Source: Schmidtea polychroa (lineage: Eukaryota). Taken from it: a stretch of 64,000 nucleotides of DNA. The DNA lies in contig CM097888.1 in NCBI GenBank assembly GCA_044892525.1, positions 63,798,001-63,862,000 on the forward strand. The letters run 5' to 3'. Each line of letters begins with the position of its first letter. Position 1 is the first letter of the stretch. A program made the translations under genes and the position numbers. The notes beneath the pieces were generated by a model. It saw nothing but the letters and a program-made list of their open reading frames with translations, was not told where the DNA came from and ran no database searches. Shown here piece by piece: positions 1-10,609 of the stretch.

Positions 1-467
1 TACATTTCAGAAGGCACATATCATATAAATACATATAAAATCCTTTTAATTATTTGGTCACGGTAGATGCAATGCTTATTTTAATTAATAATTTCAGTAT
101 TATATACTGAAAAGAAAGATTTTCGTGGTGGTTTGATAGAGGAGCTATGGCAGATATTGAATTTTTTAAAATGGTTTATAAATTTGTTTAAATGACGGAT
201 TTGGGACTTCATGTAAATATTTGTTAATGAAAACGTAACGAATTCAATGAAAGGTTCACAGTAAGTGATAATTTAGATATTTTAGTGCAAACTTGACAAG
301 TTATGCAGTGGCACTTTTCAAAAGTGATGGGTCAAAGTTTAAATAGTTAATTGATAGGGTAATACTTATGAAGAATGATAATAAAAATGTAAAATATATT
401 AAAAATACATCATTACATAACGCACAACTTACTACAAATATCGAAAAATATTTACTTATATACTGCA

Positions 468-470
<3 letters not shown>

Positions 471-548
<78 letters not shown>
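471..548. repeat. (TA)n microsatellite, about 39 units
   Basis: Direct reading; it explains the spurious IY-repeat ORF 368..562. Confidence 0.97.
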
Positions 549-551
<3 letters not shown>

Positions 552-695
552 CCTCTGACTAGCACTTTTATCAATTTAATAATTGAACTAAAATATATAT
601 TATTAAATTAATTAAATTAAAATAAAAAATTAAAAACAATTGTTTAAATAATCTTTTACTTTCACTTTTTTCGAAAATCATCATCAAATTCAAAC

Positions 696-1700
696 ATGTT
701 TAACGAAGTCATATGGTTCTCATTATTCAAAGATGTAAAAATGTGGGTGTCTGAATGTGAAGGCTGCCAACAACACAAAGTGAACCGACACACTAAACCA
801 CGAATCACTCCTTTCCCAACGGGTTCGAGATTCGACACACTTCACATTGACCTAGTCGGTAAACTACCAGCAGAAGACGAATTTTGTTACATCCTGACAA
901 TGATTGATAGGAAAACACGATGGTTTGAGGCCGTTTCTGTCCGTGACATCACCGCTCACACGGTTGCACAAGCTTTAGTATCCACCAGGTTTTCACATTA
1001 TGGAATTCCAATCTCTATCATCACTGACCAAGGTGCACAATTCGAATCGGATCTTTTTGAACATCTTACATCCAGCCTCGACATAAAACACTTAAGAACC
1101 AGCTCTTACCATCCGCAAACAAACGGTCTCGTCGAACGCGCTCATCGGACTTTGAAAGCATCTCTCAGAATACTATCAACTTCGTGGGTCAAAGCGTTAC
1201 CATTTGTTTTACTAGGATGGCACAACAGACCCAATCGTTCAAGCGGTGTGTCTCCTTCACAACTTTTGTTTGGATCCAACACTTTCATGCCCAATGAACT
1301 TATCGATTTTTGCAATGACTCACCATTAGACGAGATCAGTCTAACAAGAAAGCATTTTTTGAGCTTAGATACTAATCCGTCATTCACATATTCCACGTCG
1401 TACAAACCATATATTCCACAGACCCTTTCCTCAGCAACCCACGCATGGATGAAAACTATAGACTCTTCAAACCTCAAACCCAGATTCAAAGGTTCGTTTC
1501 ACATCATAGAGCTGTACAAAAATACAGCGAAACTCAATACTGACAACAACCACGTCATGATCAACCTTTCCAAATTAAAACCAGCCTTTTGCACCCTTGA
1601 ATACGACGAAATCCCAAACAACCATACCACAAAAGACTTTAACACAAACGAAGACATATTAGAAGACATGGAACAACCGACAACACCACCAGACACATAA
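696..1700 (+). mobile_element. Ty3/gypsy integrase ORF of a 5'-truncated LTR retrotransposon (CsRn1-like signature)
   Basis: CEGC (CC of HHCC), D in LHIDLVG, D in IITDQGAQFES, E in NGLVERAHR, GPY/F-like PRFKGSFHII. No RT/RNase H upstream, only AT-rich DNA. Confidence 0.9.
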
Positions 1701-1828
1701 AATGTTCAGCTTCTTCAAAAAAATCCGCCATTCTCCTCAAGGTAAACACGTAAACTCCTTCAATACCTCTCAGATTATGATCTTCAGTGACTACTTTTTA
1801 TCTTTTGATACGCTCCGCGTACTTCGAC

Positions 1829-2069
1829 GGGGGCTATTGTAGTGCCTCTGACTAACTTTAACCGTTAGACTGCGGAGAGTCAATAAATTGACGCGTAGTA
1901 TGTCTCTTCATAATGACTTCAATTAGTAAATTCTGCTTTCAAACTTAACAACAAAATTTCGAATTATTCAAAATTTAGTTTTTTAATGAAGTTGTAATAA
2001 AAATAAACTCGTTTTTACAAGAAAAAATCATTTGGATTTGGTTGCTTAGTTTGAGAAGAAAACTGTACA
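1829..2069 (+). mobile_element. Polypurine tract and 3' LTR of the truncated gypsy element
   Basis: GGGGG run at 1829-1833, then TGTAG at 1838, downstream of the integrase stop. The LTR 3' end is uncertain (TGTACA ending 2069 or CTACA ending 2118). Confidence 0.6.
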
Positions 2070-2593
2070 ATTAAAAATATTTGCATGATAGGCAAAGAAA
2101 ATTGAAAGAAAACCTACAAAATTACGTCACATTTGATATAGATTAAAACCAAAAATATTTTGTCATAGCTATTCATTTCGTAATTTAATGTCATCTAATA
2201 ACAAAATCTGTAATTATTTTGATTTAAAATAGTCTAAATTGTCAAAAAATGTTTACATGTATTTTTTACATTAAAGTCTATAAAATGAATTAAATTAATT
2301 TTAATGTTAAATAACCTAAGCCCAATGAACGCTATTGAAAAAATGAATTGAATCTAATGGGGTATTCATAGGATTATCATTAAAATACTGAATTAATAAA
2401 AGCTTACAATTATTTTATTTTGGAATGATTATTAATTTTTTTTAAACTACACTAATATTAAAACATTATTTTTCCAATTTCATTATTGACTTTTATTAGT
2501 TATAATAGTAATAATTATAATTATAATTATTTTTATTATTGATATTATAATTATAATTATAATTACTATTATTATTGAAATTTTAATTATAAT

Positions 2594-2731
2594 AGTTAGA
2601 TATCTGTTTGTAAATAATTTGGAATTGGCGGTTTTGCGAATTAATTAAAACTTGTTATTTAGAAATTCTTTGATTAAATATATATTGTTAGTTTCGAGAT
2701 TTTTGCTGCAAATTTAAAGATGGATTTAACT
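2594..2731 (+). repeat. 5' LTR (138 bp, AGTTA...TAACT)
   Basis: Identical by eye to the 3' LTR except for a 12-bp duplication in the 3' copy. Confidence 0.95.
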
Positions 2732-2741
2732 GGCGACCACG
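2731..2741 (+). promoter_or_regulatory. Primer binding site TGGCGACCACG (probably tRNA-Arg)
   Basis: Abuts the 5' LTR. Complementary to a tRNA 3' end ...CGUGGUCGCCA as in known tRNA-Arg(UCG) ends; the tRNA identity is inferred. Confidence 0.75.
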
Positions 2742-2795
2742 CCGAAAATCAAAATATCAACGCCATTTCAAAATCGACAAAATCGCTAATGGAAT

Positions 2796-5700
2796 CAGGC
2801 CCGACGCTAGAGTATTTGGCGCCCTAGGCAAACTAAAAAAATGGCGCCTCTAGTCTAGAAACAAACCCAATAATTAAAGAAGTAAATGAAAATAAAATAA
2901 CTATACTTCATTTATTTATTACACAAAAATATATATAAAAACAAAAACCATTTAAAATTTAATTTTTCGTGCTTTTAGTTTAGCGAAATCTTCAAGCAGC
3001 AACTTCGTATCTATATCACGCGCCATTTCGTGTTCAATCGACAATATTGCTAATCCCACAAGCCGTTCTTGTGACATTGTAGATCTTATATATGTTTTGA
3101 TCTGTTTAAGCTTCGAAAAGCTTCGTTCACCGCTTGCCACAGAAACTGGTAGGGTTAATAAAATTCGCAAAGCAACAAATATATTTGGAACGCTGTCCAC
3201 TATATTATTTTTACAAATATAATTAAGTACATCTTCCGGCAATAAGTTTTTTGGAATATGTCTAGCTATAAATATCAATTCGTTCAATAAATCTGTACCA
3301 TCAATATCTTTAGAATCATCGTGCCGTAAAAAATTTTCCAGTTTAAGACAATCCTCTAATATTTTCTTTGACGAAATATATTGCAAATTATGTATGTTGT
3401 ATAGAAATCCAAATGTTGAATTTATCGTTGACATTTGGGTGAATCTTTGCTCAACAGATTTTAAAGCTCTATCCAAAACTGCGAAGTAAAAGCTGATCTT
3501 AAATTTTTCTTTTGGGTTCTGAATGGGCTCATCGTTGGCTTCATATTCGAACTGTTTTTTTTGTTTTCTGATACGCTGAGTTTGTTTAAAGATTGGGGAA
3601 ATTTCTGATTCTTCAGCAAGTTCTCGCGCATCTACCAATATTCTTTCAAAACCTTCATCATTTCGGGAGTTGAATAGAAATTTTTTGGTATCTTCTAGTA
3701 GCTTCATAGCATCTTGAATATTAATTTTCTCAGGTTGAAGTTGTTTGCTTGTAATATTTATGTTGAAAAGAATATCATACCAGATAATAACAGAAACTAC
3801 AAACTCGAAATTCGAAATAGCTTTAGCAAGGCCCTGTGCTTCTATACGTGAAGTATTACCAGAAACTCCTGTTTGAGAAGTATCTTGAAAAATATCAATA
3901 AGTGCAGCAATAACTTTACTTAGCTGATAGCGTAGAGGTTTAAGGGCATCGATTCGGCTCTCCCATCTTGTATCGCTCAATGGCTTCACTGTCAAGTTTG
4001 AAGCATGACGTTTTAAAACTTCCCATCGACGTGTTGAAGCGGCAAAATAGACATATATTCGTTGCACTAACATAAAAAATGATGTAGCATCTAAACAACA
4101 GCTTACAGCGTCATTAACAACCAGATTCAAAGAATGCGCAGAACAAGGAACAAATAGTGCTCGTGGATTTAGATTCAGAATTCGCCGTTGCACGCCATTT
4201 TCTTTGCCTTTCATATTGCTACCATTATCGTATCCTTGGCCACGCAAGTTCTCAATAGGTAATGACATATCTGCTAACATCTGAACGATTTCATCGGTCA
4301 TACCAGCACCAGTTGTATCTGTTAGTTTCACAAATCCCAAAAAATGTTCTCTTATGCATATGGGATCTAAATCACAATTTTCTGTATTTGTATGGACAAA
4401 ACGAATAATCAACGTCATTTGTTCAGTATGGCTAACGTCTGGTGTGCAATCCAGGATTATTGAAAAATATTTAGCCATGGAAATCGATTTTAAAATTTTT
4501 GTTTTAATACTCTTAGATAAAAGTTGTATTAACTCATTCTGAATATCTTTTCCCAAATAATGAACTTGTGTTTCATTGTTCTTTATTCTGCGAAGATGCT
4601 CACCCATAATTGGATCAAAAGAGGCCAAATATTCTACAAAGCTAAGGAAGTTTCCATTTCCAGGAGAATACAATTTTTCATTGCTTCCGCGAAATGCAAT
4701 ATTTTGCGTAGCAAGCACTTTAACTAGACCTATAAGACGCTCTAAGACTTGTTGCCAGTGTCTCTCTTCTTGTTTTATGAGACGCAAATTATCCTGGTCA
4801 ATAGTTTTATTCTTTTTTAAACGCAATTCTAGCTCCTTCCAAGTTTGAAAATTAATTAAATGATCCTTATTTTTCTCATGTCTTTCTAAAATTACAGACA
4901 TATTTTTCCAATCGCTTGATCCTTTATCGGAGAGATGTATTACACGCTGGTTATTATTAAAAATTTTGCAACAAAAGCAGAAAGCCGAATTAGTTGTTTT
5001 GGAATACTGTAGCCAATGACGCCGCATTTCTTCTCCATTTGCAAGTCTCCTTCTATAAAAATTCATTGAAAATTTTCTATGGCTCTCATTTTGAGGAAAA
5101 TCAAATTCTTCAATTTGTTCTGGTCCGTGTTCAACCAAAATTTGCCTCAAACGGCCAGAACGTAAGTCATGTGAATTTAACCAAGTTGCCGGATCACTAT
5201 AATCAAGACTCGAATTTACGCTTTCTAATATTTCCAAAGTTTCATTAATTAAAATTTCTTCAGTGTCTTCTATAGTTTCTAATACAATTTCTTCTATAGG
5301 TTCTTCAACAGTTTCTTCAATTGTTTCAACTTCAGTTTCTTCTATAGTTTCTTCCACATTCGTATGTGGAAACTCAGTCAAAATAGGCACCTCTGCATTT
5401 CTAGTTGTAGAGTTCCTATCCATTTGCTCTTCCAAATTGCAGTATACTTGTTTTCTCGGAGTCATTTCATTTCGATTTTTATCTTGTGATTGTTGACGAC
5501 AAATATATTTCAGAAAAGCACCTTCTTGCTTTTTTTCTTCATTTTTCTTTTCAGCTTTACGTTTTCTATTTTGTGCGCCAGATAATTTTTTTCTATCTGC
5601 CATTATGCTACCTCAAGTAAAAATTAATAGAATATAATAGATTTAATAATAGGTGTAGAAAAATCCAATATAAATTAAATTACTGTGTTGTATATATGTA

Positions 5701-6078
5701 AAAATTATACTGGAAGTACGACCGAAATTATATATACTTTAAATAAAAAAAATTTGAGCCCTGCACTAATTAAATTTTATTTTTTTTTTCACTTTCTGTT
5801 TATTTATTTTTTAACTTTTTTAACATTTACTTTAGTCTTTTAAAACTTTACTGCATGTGACTTTATTCTTTTAAAATAAAACTAAAAATTATTGCGTAAT
5901 TTAAAAAAATTTCAGAGCATGCTATATGCTAAATTTTTTTTAAAACCGCTTTTCAGTTAACTTTTTTGAACTTGCAAAATATTTTTTTAAATCGATTTTC
6001 CGTTGTATTTTTTTAAATTTTAAAAGAAATAAGTAATCGGTATCGGACTAAAACAACGATGGAATTACATGTTTTACG

Positions 6079-6122
<44 letters not shown>

Positions 6123-6272
6123 AATTCATACATATGTATATATCAATATAAAGATAGAAAGTTTATAAAATATTTAATTTACTTGATAAAAAAAGCAGAA
6201 CTATTTGGCGCCCGCTTGTAAATCGGCGCCCTAGGCTGCTGCCGACGTCGCCTATGCCTAAAACCGGGCCTG
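2796..6272 (-). mobile_element. Intact hAT DNA transposon (3477 bp) nested in the LTR element
   Basis: TIRs CAGGCCCGACGCTAG and (reverse complement) CAGGCCCGGTTTTAG; perfect 8-bp TSD AATGGAAT at 2788-2795 and 6273-6280; subterminal GGCGCC(C) repeats at both ends. Confidence 0.97.
2952..5603 (-). CDS. hAT transposase, 883 aa (ZMYM1-like, TTF-type zinc finger)
   Basis: Basic N-terminus; WLQYS...AFCFCC...H zinc finger; D in IILDCTPD, D in GQGYDNG, CSAH (CxxH); E in VASGERSFSKL dimerization domain. Uninterrupted ORF. Confidence 0.96.
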   Translation of the reverse strand: MADRKKLSGAQNRKRKAEKKNEEKKQEGAFLKYICRQQSQDKNRNEMTPRKQVYCNLEEQMDRNSTTRNAEVPILTEFPHTNVEETIEETEVETIEETVEEPIEEIVLETIEDTEEILINETLEILESVNSSLDYSDPATWLNSHDLRSGRLRQILVEHGPEQIEEFDFPQNESHRKFSMNFYRRRLANGEEMRRHWLQYSKTTNSAFCFCCKIFNNNQRVIHLSDKGSSDWKNMSVILERHEKNKDHLINFQTWKELELRLKKNKTIDQDNLRLIKQEERHWQQVLERLIGLVKVLATQNIAFRGSNEKLYSPGNGNFLSFVEYLASFDPIMGEHLRRIKNNETQVHYLGKDIQNELIQLLSKSIKTKILKSISMAKYFSIILDCTPDVSHTEQMTLIIRFVHTNTENCDLDPICIREHFLGFVKLTDTTGAGMTDEIVQMLADMSLPIENLRGQGYDNGSNMKGKENGVQRRILNLNPRALFVPCSAHSLNLVVNDAVSCCLDATSFFMLVQRIYVYFAASTRRWEVLKRHASNLTVKPLSDTRWESRIDALKPLRYQLSKVIAALIDIFQDTSQTGVSGNTSRIEAQGLAKAISNFEFVVSVIIWYDILFNINITSKQLQPEKINIQDAMKLLEDTKKFLFNSRNDEGFERILVDARELAEESEISPIFKQTQRIRKQKKQFEYEANDEPIQNPKEKFKISFYFAVLDRALKSVEQRFTQMSTINSTFGFLYNIHNLQYISSKKILEDCLKLENFLRHDDSKDIDGTDLLNELIFIARHIPKNLLPEDVLNYICKNNIVDSVPNIFVALRILLTLPVSVASGERSFSKLKQIKTYIRSTMSQERLVGLAILSIEHEMARDIDTKLLLEDFAKLKARKIKF

Positions 6273-6273
6273 A

Positions 6274-7500
6274 ATGGAATGCCTACCGAAATCATGCCAA
6301 GACATGCTCACATTGAACATCAGACGATATGATGGACGAGGTTTAAAAGAAGCCGAAGAATGGATCAGGGATATAGAAGAATGGTTGCTGACAAATGGAC
6401 AGCGATTGACAAGCACTTTCGATGTGTTATTAGTGGCAGAAGCAAAGACATTGTGGGGAAACGTCAGAGAAACAGAAACAACAGATGTAAAAGCCAAAGC
6501 GTGGTTCTTAAATACGTTCACAATTACAAAATCAATAACTGACAAAATCAGAGAATTGGCAGCTATGGAACAGGAAGATGATGAAAGGTTTGCAGCTTTT
6601 GAAATACGGCTAAGGAAAGCTTTAGCTGAAGTTATAAATTCAGGACGATCAGAAGAAGATATTGTTCAAGATCTCATCGCAAATAAAGCACGCGATGCGA
6701 GACTGAGAGAGATACTATTGACGAAACCAGAAACAAAAATTGAAGAAACGAGATCATTGGCGAAAATTTTTGAAAGTAACAAAAATGGAAACCATAAAAC
6801 AGAATTTATTAAAGCAATCGGTCAAAGAACATACGCTAGCGTGACTGAGGGAGGGAAGATGAGAATTCAAAAGAATACCCAAGATCCCATGCATACATCA
6901 TCACAAAGAAGACTACCAGAGGACCAATTTAGTCACCACAGATCAAGAAGAGACGAACATCCTATACGCGGACCAATACAATACGAAGGAAATAACCATG
7001 GTCGTCGAGAACAATCTCCAAGACAACAATTCTTGAGAAATGCGAGAATCCCGAATAGCTCAGAAAGGAAGCTGCCAACAATATCCATGAAGAATATTGC
7101 AAGGAGGCTGTACAATGAAAGTAGGGGACTACCACAAGCATCGGTCCCAAAATTAACGGTAGGTGATTGTTTTTGCTGTGGCGAAAGGGGACATAGAAGG
7201 TATGAGTGTCCACTGGGAAATAAATGTCTGATATGTGGCAAGGAAGGACACGGGTTCCGAGATTGTTTTTCGTTACGAAAAGATGTTCCACAACGATATC
7301 AAAGAATAGCGTGCATAGAAGAAGAAGATTCAAAATCTGAAACAAGAGATTACACCGAGAACAGCCAGGATTTCAGAATGTATCACAGCAATATGGAAGA
7401 TAGATACAATGTCCCTGAGAAATATACTATATTGAGAGAAGACGGAAAAAACATCAGCGACTCCATGGGTTTCATTTCGTCGGTGGAGTCAAGACAATAA
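6274..7500 (+). CDS. gag: Gag with two CCHC zinc knuckles
   Basis: CFCCGERGHRRYEC and CLICGKEGHGFRDC. The ATG lies inside the right-hand hAT TSD. Confidence 0.93.
   Translation: MECLPKSCQDMLTLNIRRYDGRGLKEAEEWIRDIEEWLLTNGQRLTSTFDVLLVAEAKTLWGNVRETETTDVKAKAWFLNTFTITKSITDKIRELAAMEQEDDERFAAFEIRLRKALAEVINSGRSEEDIVQDLIANKARDARLREILLTKPETKIEETRSLAKIFESNKNGNHKTEFIKAIGQRTYASVTEGGKMRIQKNTQDPMHTSSQRRLPEDQFSHHRSRRDEHPIRGPIQYEGNNHGRREQSPRQQFLRNARIPNSSERKLPTISMKNIARRLYNESRGLPQASVPKLTVGDCFCCGERGHRRYECPLGNKCLICGKEGHGFRDCFSLRKDVPQRYQRIACIEEEDSKSETRDYTENSQDFRMYHSNMEDRYNVPEKYTILREDGKNISDSMGFISSVESRQ
7446..7490 (+). promoter_or_regulatory. -1 programmed ribosomal frameshift signal (gag-pol)
   Basis: A AAA AAC at 7446-7452 in gag phase, 6-nt spacer, stem GACTCCA (7459-7465) / TGGAGTC (7484-7490). 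The -1 frame is open from 7419 into pol. Confidence 0.85.
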
Positions 7501-7547
7501 ATTGTGAAATAGGAAATGAACAACGAAGAGACGAGGCAGAAGAAGAG

Positions 7548-9545
7548 ATGTACCAGACGAAAAATGGAAGAAATTGGAGTAAAATAATGTTGAATAATGC
7601 CGAAACAGAGATGTTATGGGATTCTGGAGCATCAGTAACAGTTATGAGCAAGAATTTGTGGGAGAAAATAGGCAAACCAGAACTTAAACGTTGTATGATA
7701 TTATTGTGCGGAGTTTTTTCAACTGGAGGTGAAGAAGCAATGGGATACATGACTATACCGGCCACGTGGAATCAGAAGACCAAAATGATCACAGTAGTAG
7801 TGGTAAAAGAGATCAAACCCGAATTCATAGGGGGCATTGATACAATGAAAGAGTTTGGAGTAAAGTTAATGAAAATCAATAATATAGAAACGTCATTGAT
7901 AAACAAAATTTACACTGATGAAGAAAGAATAAATAAAGCACTAGTGGCGATGGCAGGTGAGAATAATAAAGATATTGAAGGAATGATCAGGGAATTCGAC
8001 GGAATTTTTATGGCATCGAAATTCGATCTGGGATTTACAAACTTAGTTCGACATGAGATGCGGATAACAGGAGGCCAAATAATGCAACATCCTCGACGTC
8101 AACCAATGCACATGGAGAAAAAGATTGAAGAACTGATAAAAGAGTTAATGAAAGCAAATGTTATTCGGTGTTGCAAGAGTCCTTGGAATGCCCCGTTAGT
8201 GATAGTAGGGAAGAAAGATGGATCTATCAGGATGTGTGTAGATTATCGTGGATTAAATTCCATAACAGAAAAAGAGTCATTTCCGATGCCTAACACCAAA
8301 TTCTTACTAGACTGTCTCGCGAATGCAAAAATATTTTCGTCAATCGATTTAGGTCAGGCGTATTATCAAGTGGAGTTAGCTCCAGAAATTCAAGAGATGA
8401 CTGCATTCAGTACAAGAGAAGGACAATTTTGCTTCAATAGACTACCATTTGGCTTAGCAACAGCTCCTGCGACATTCCAGAGACTGATGCACACAGTGCT
8501 AGAAGGAATGCTATTCAAGGGAGTAGTAGTTTATCTAGATGATATCTTGGTATATGGTAAAAGTCAAAAAGACCACGATGAGCTATTAAGGGAAATATTC
8601 AGAAGAATTCAAGTGGCAGGACTGAAGATAAATCCAGAAAAATGCAAATTCAATAAAACAGAATTGTGTTTCCTTGGTCACACAATTAACGAGAAGGGTA
8701 TCCAGACAAACAGGAAGAAAGTGGAAGAGATCGAGAAAGCAGAAGTACCAAAATGTTCAAAACAATTGAGATCGTTTCTCGGATTAACGAACTACTATAG
8801 AAGATTCATCAAAGACTATGCCAAAATCGCCGAACCATTATACGCTGCAACATCTGGATGCGATAAAGATATAAATTGGACTAAAGAATGCAATGAGAGC
8901 TTCCAAACTCTGAAGAGACGGTTGTGCGAAGCACCTATCCTTGATTTTCCAAGAGAAGATAGGACTTTTATCTTAGACACAGACGCTAGTTTTGGAGCCA
9001 TTGGTGCAGTTTTGAGTCAAATTACAGAAGATGGAGAAGAATCTGTCATAGCTTATGGCTCGAGACATATGTCATCACATGAAAAGGGATACTGTGTAAC
9101 CAGGAAAGAACTGCTCGCCGTACATGAATACGTCATGCATTTTAGAGAATATCTGTACGGAAAAAAATTCATAATTCGCACCGACCACAAGGCATTGGTT
9201 TTCATGAACACTACAAAAACGCCAATCAGTCCGCAGTTCCAAACATGGTTAGCTAACCTGTCGGAATATGATTTTGAACTAAAATATCGGAAAGGAGAAG
9301 AACACTCGAATGCAGATGGACTATCAAGATTAAAAAGTATGATTTGCACCCAGTGTCAAACAAGACATGAAGAAGCTAAGCAAGGAAAATCAAAGATTAG
9401 ATATATATATATACTATCCAAAGAACAGAAGCTATGGAAAAAGTATGGGAACAACAACAAAAGGACATTCGGTTTCAAGAGCTGCGAGAGATATTGGAAA
9501 ATGGATGTACACGGGAGAAAAAGAATTGTTTTCCTTTTAACGTAA
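7548..9545 (+). CDS. pol: Pol: protease, reverse transcriptase, RNase H
   Basis: LWDSGAS protease; RMCVDYRGLN, LPFGL and YLDD RT motifs; DTDAS...ELLAV...RTDH...ADGLSR RNase H. Confidence 0.96.
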   Translation: MYQTKNGRNWSKIMLNNAETEMLWDSGASVTVMSKNLWEKIGKPELKRCMILLCGVFSTGGEEAMGYMTIPATWNQKTKMITVVVVKEIKPEFIGGIDTMKEFGVKLMKINNIETSLINKIYTDEERINKALVAMAGENNKDIEGMIREFDGIFMASKFDLGFTNLVRHEMRITGGQIMQHPRRQPMHMEKKIEELIKELMKANVIRCCKSPWNAPLVIVGKKDGSIRMCVDYRGLNSITEKESFPMPNTKFLLDCLANAKIFSSIDLGQAYYQVELAPEIQEMTAFSTREGQFCFNRLPFGLATAPATFQRLMHTVLEGMLFKGVVVYLDDILVYGKSQKDHDELLREIFRRIQVAGLKINPEKCKFNKTELCFLGHTINEKGIQTNRKKVEEIEKAEVPKCSKQLRSFLGLTNYYRRFIKDYAKIAEPLYAATSGCDKDINWTKECNESFQTLKRRLCEAPILDFPREDRTFILDTDASFGAIGAVLSQITEDGEESVIAYGSRHMSSHEKGYCVTRKELLAVHEYVMHFREYLYGKKFIIRTDHKALVFMNTTKTPISPQFQTWLANLSEYDFELKYRKGEEHSNADGLSRLKSMICTQCQTRHEEAKQGKSKIRYIYILSKEQKLWKKYGNNNKRTFGFKSCERYWKMDVHGRKRIVFLLT

Positions 9546-10609
9546 AAAATACACGAATTGATGGAGGATTAATAACAGTAGAAAAGAACAAAAATATCTT
9601 AATGTTAGTCCCAGAAACATTTGCAGGCCTGTTAACAACAACACTACATGAAGAACTATGTCACATTGGAGTTAAGAAATTATTTCATTATATGGAAAAG
9701 ATATTTTATTGGCCGAAAATGCAAGAAACAATCCAACTCTGTTTACGATGTTGCGAGATCTGCGCTAAGAGAAAGATCGATCAGACAAGAACCAAGGAAA
9801 CATTTATTCCTAGATATAGCTCTGAATTCCTAGAACAGATTGTTTTAGATGTGGCTTACATGGAAATAAACGCCATGAAAAAATATATGGTAGTAATGGT
9901 GGACCGTTTTAGCAAACTGATTTCTTTAACTGCAATCACAAAGCAAGACGAAGGGACCATTTTCAAAACAATACTTAATAGTTGGATCTATCGATTTGGA
10001 AAACCGAAGAGCATTTTAACAGATAGAGGCCGAAATTTCGAAGGGAATTTCCTAAGACAGAAGCTACAGAAACTTGGAATCAAACAGGAATTCAGCTCAC
10101 CTTATCAGCACCAATCAAATGGTTTAGCCGAAAGAGCCATACGAACGATAAGAGATCTTATTACAGCAACATTGGCAGGCGGATGTGAAGAGAGAAACTG
10201 GCACGAACTTCTACCCAGAATAGAGTTCACTATAAATAGCAGTCGACAAAGTGCTACAGGTTTATCACCATTTGAGATAATCTATGGACGGAGTGTTAAC
10301 CTACACTCTAACCTGAAACAAGCCGAGATATCAAGAAGCGAAAGAATCGAAGACGCGAGATTTAATTCGAGTAAAGCCGCAGACACTATGAGAGCCATGG
10401 ATAAGACAAAGAGGGGCACTCGTGTTTTCGAGGTGGGGGAGGAGGTACTCGTACGTAAAGAGCCGCAGAACAGGCACAAGGATGGTATGCAATACGATGG
10501 CCCATATAAAATCGCCAGATTTCTATCACCTCATCGAGTCGAACTACATTCACAAGAAGGAACGAAAGAAAGAAGAATCCAGTGGCTGAAGAAGTGGAAA
10601 AATTCTTAA
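9434..10609 (+). CDS. pol: Pol integrase region, out of frame with RT-RH
   Basis: H...H...CEIC zinc motif; D (VLDV), D (LTDRG), E (LAERA); YDGPYK GPY/F motif. Frame break maps to an (AT)n run at 9401-9413. Confidence 0.93.
   Translation: MEKVWEQQQKDIRFQELREILENGCTREKKNCFPFNVKNTRIDGGLITVEKNKNILMLVPETFAGLLTTTLHEELCHIGVKKLFHYMEKIFYWPKMQETIQLCLRCCEICAKRKIDQTRTKETFIPRYSSEFLEQIVLDVAYMEINAMKKYMVVMVDRFSKLISLTAITKQDEGTIFKTILNSWIYRFGKPKSILTDRGRNFEGNFLRQKLQKLGIKQEFSSPYQHQSNGLAERAIRTIRDLITATLAGGCEERNWHELLPRIEFTINSSRQSATGLSPFEIIYGRSVNLHSNLKQAEISRSERIEDARFNSSKAADTMRAMDKTKRGTRVFEVGEEVLVRKEPQNRHKDGMQYDGPYKIARFLSPHRVELHSQEGTKERRIQWLKKWKNS

Noticed and set aside
368-562. 64-aa ORF with IYIY repeats (similar ORFs near 21672, 43260, 43871 and 50799)
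   Set aside because: Translations of (TA)n, (TAA)n or 16-bp tandem repeats.
2701-2713. TTTTGCTGCAAAT shared between the LTR and the hairpin-MITE TIR
   Set aside because: A 13-nt AT-rich match with no flanking similarity; likely chance.
1142-10479. Antisense and overlapping short ORFs within TE genes
   Set aside because: Shadow ORFs of longer coding frames with no independent motifs.
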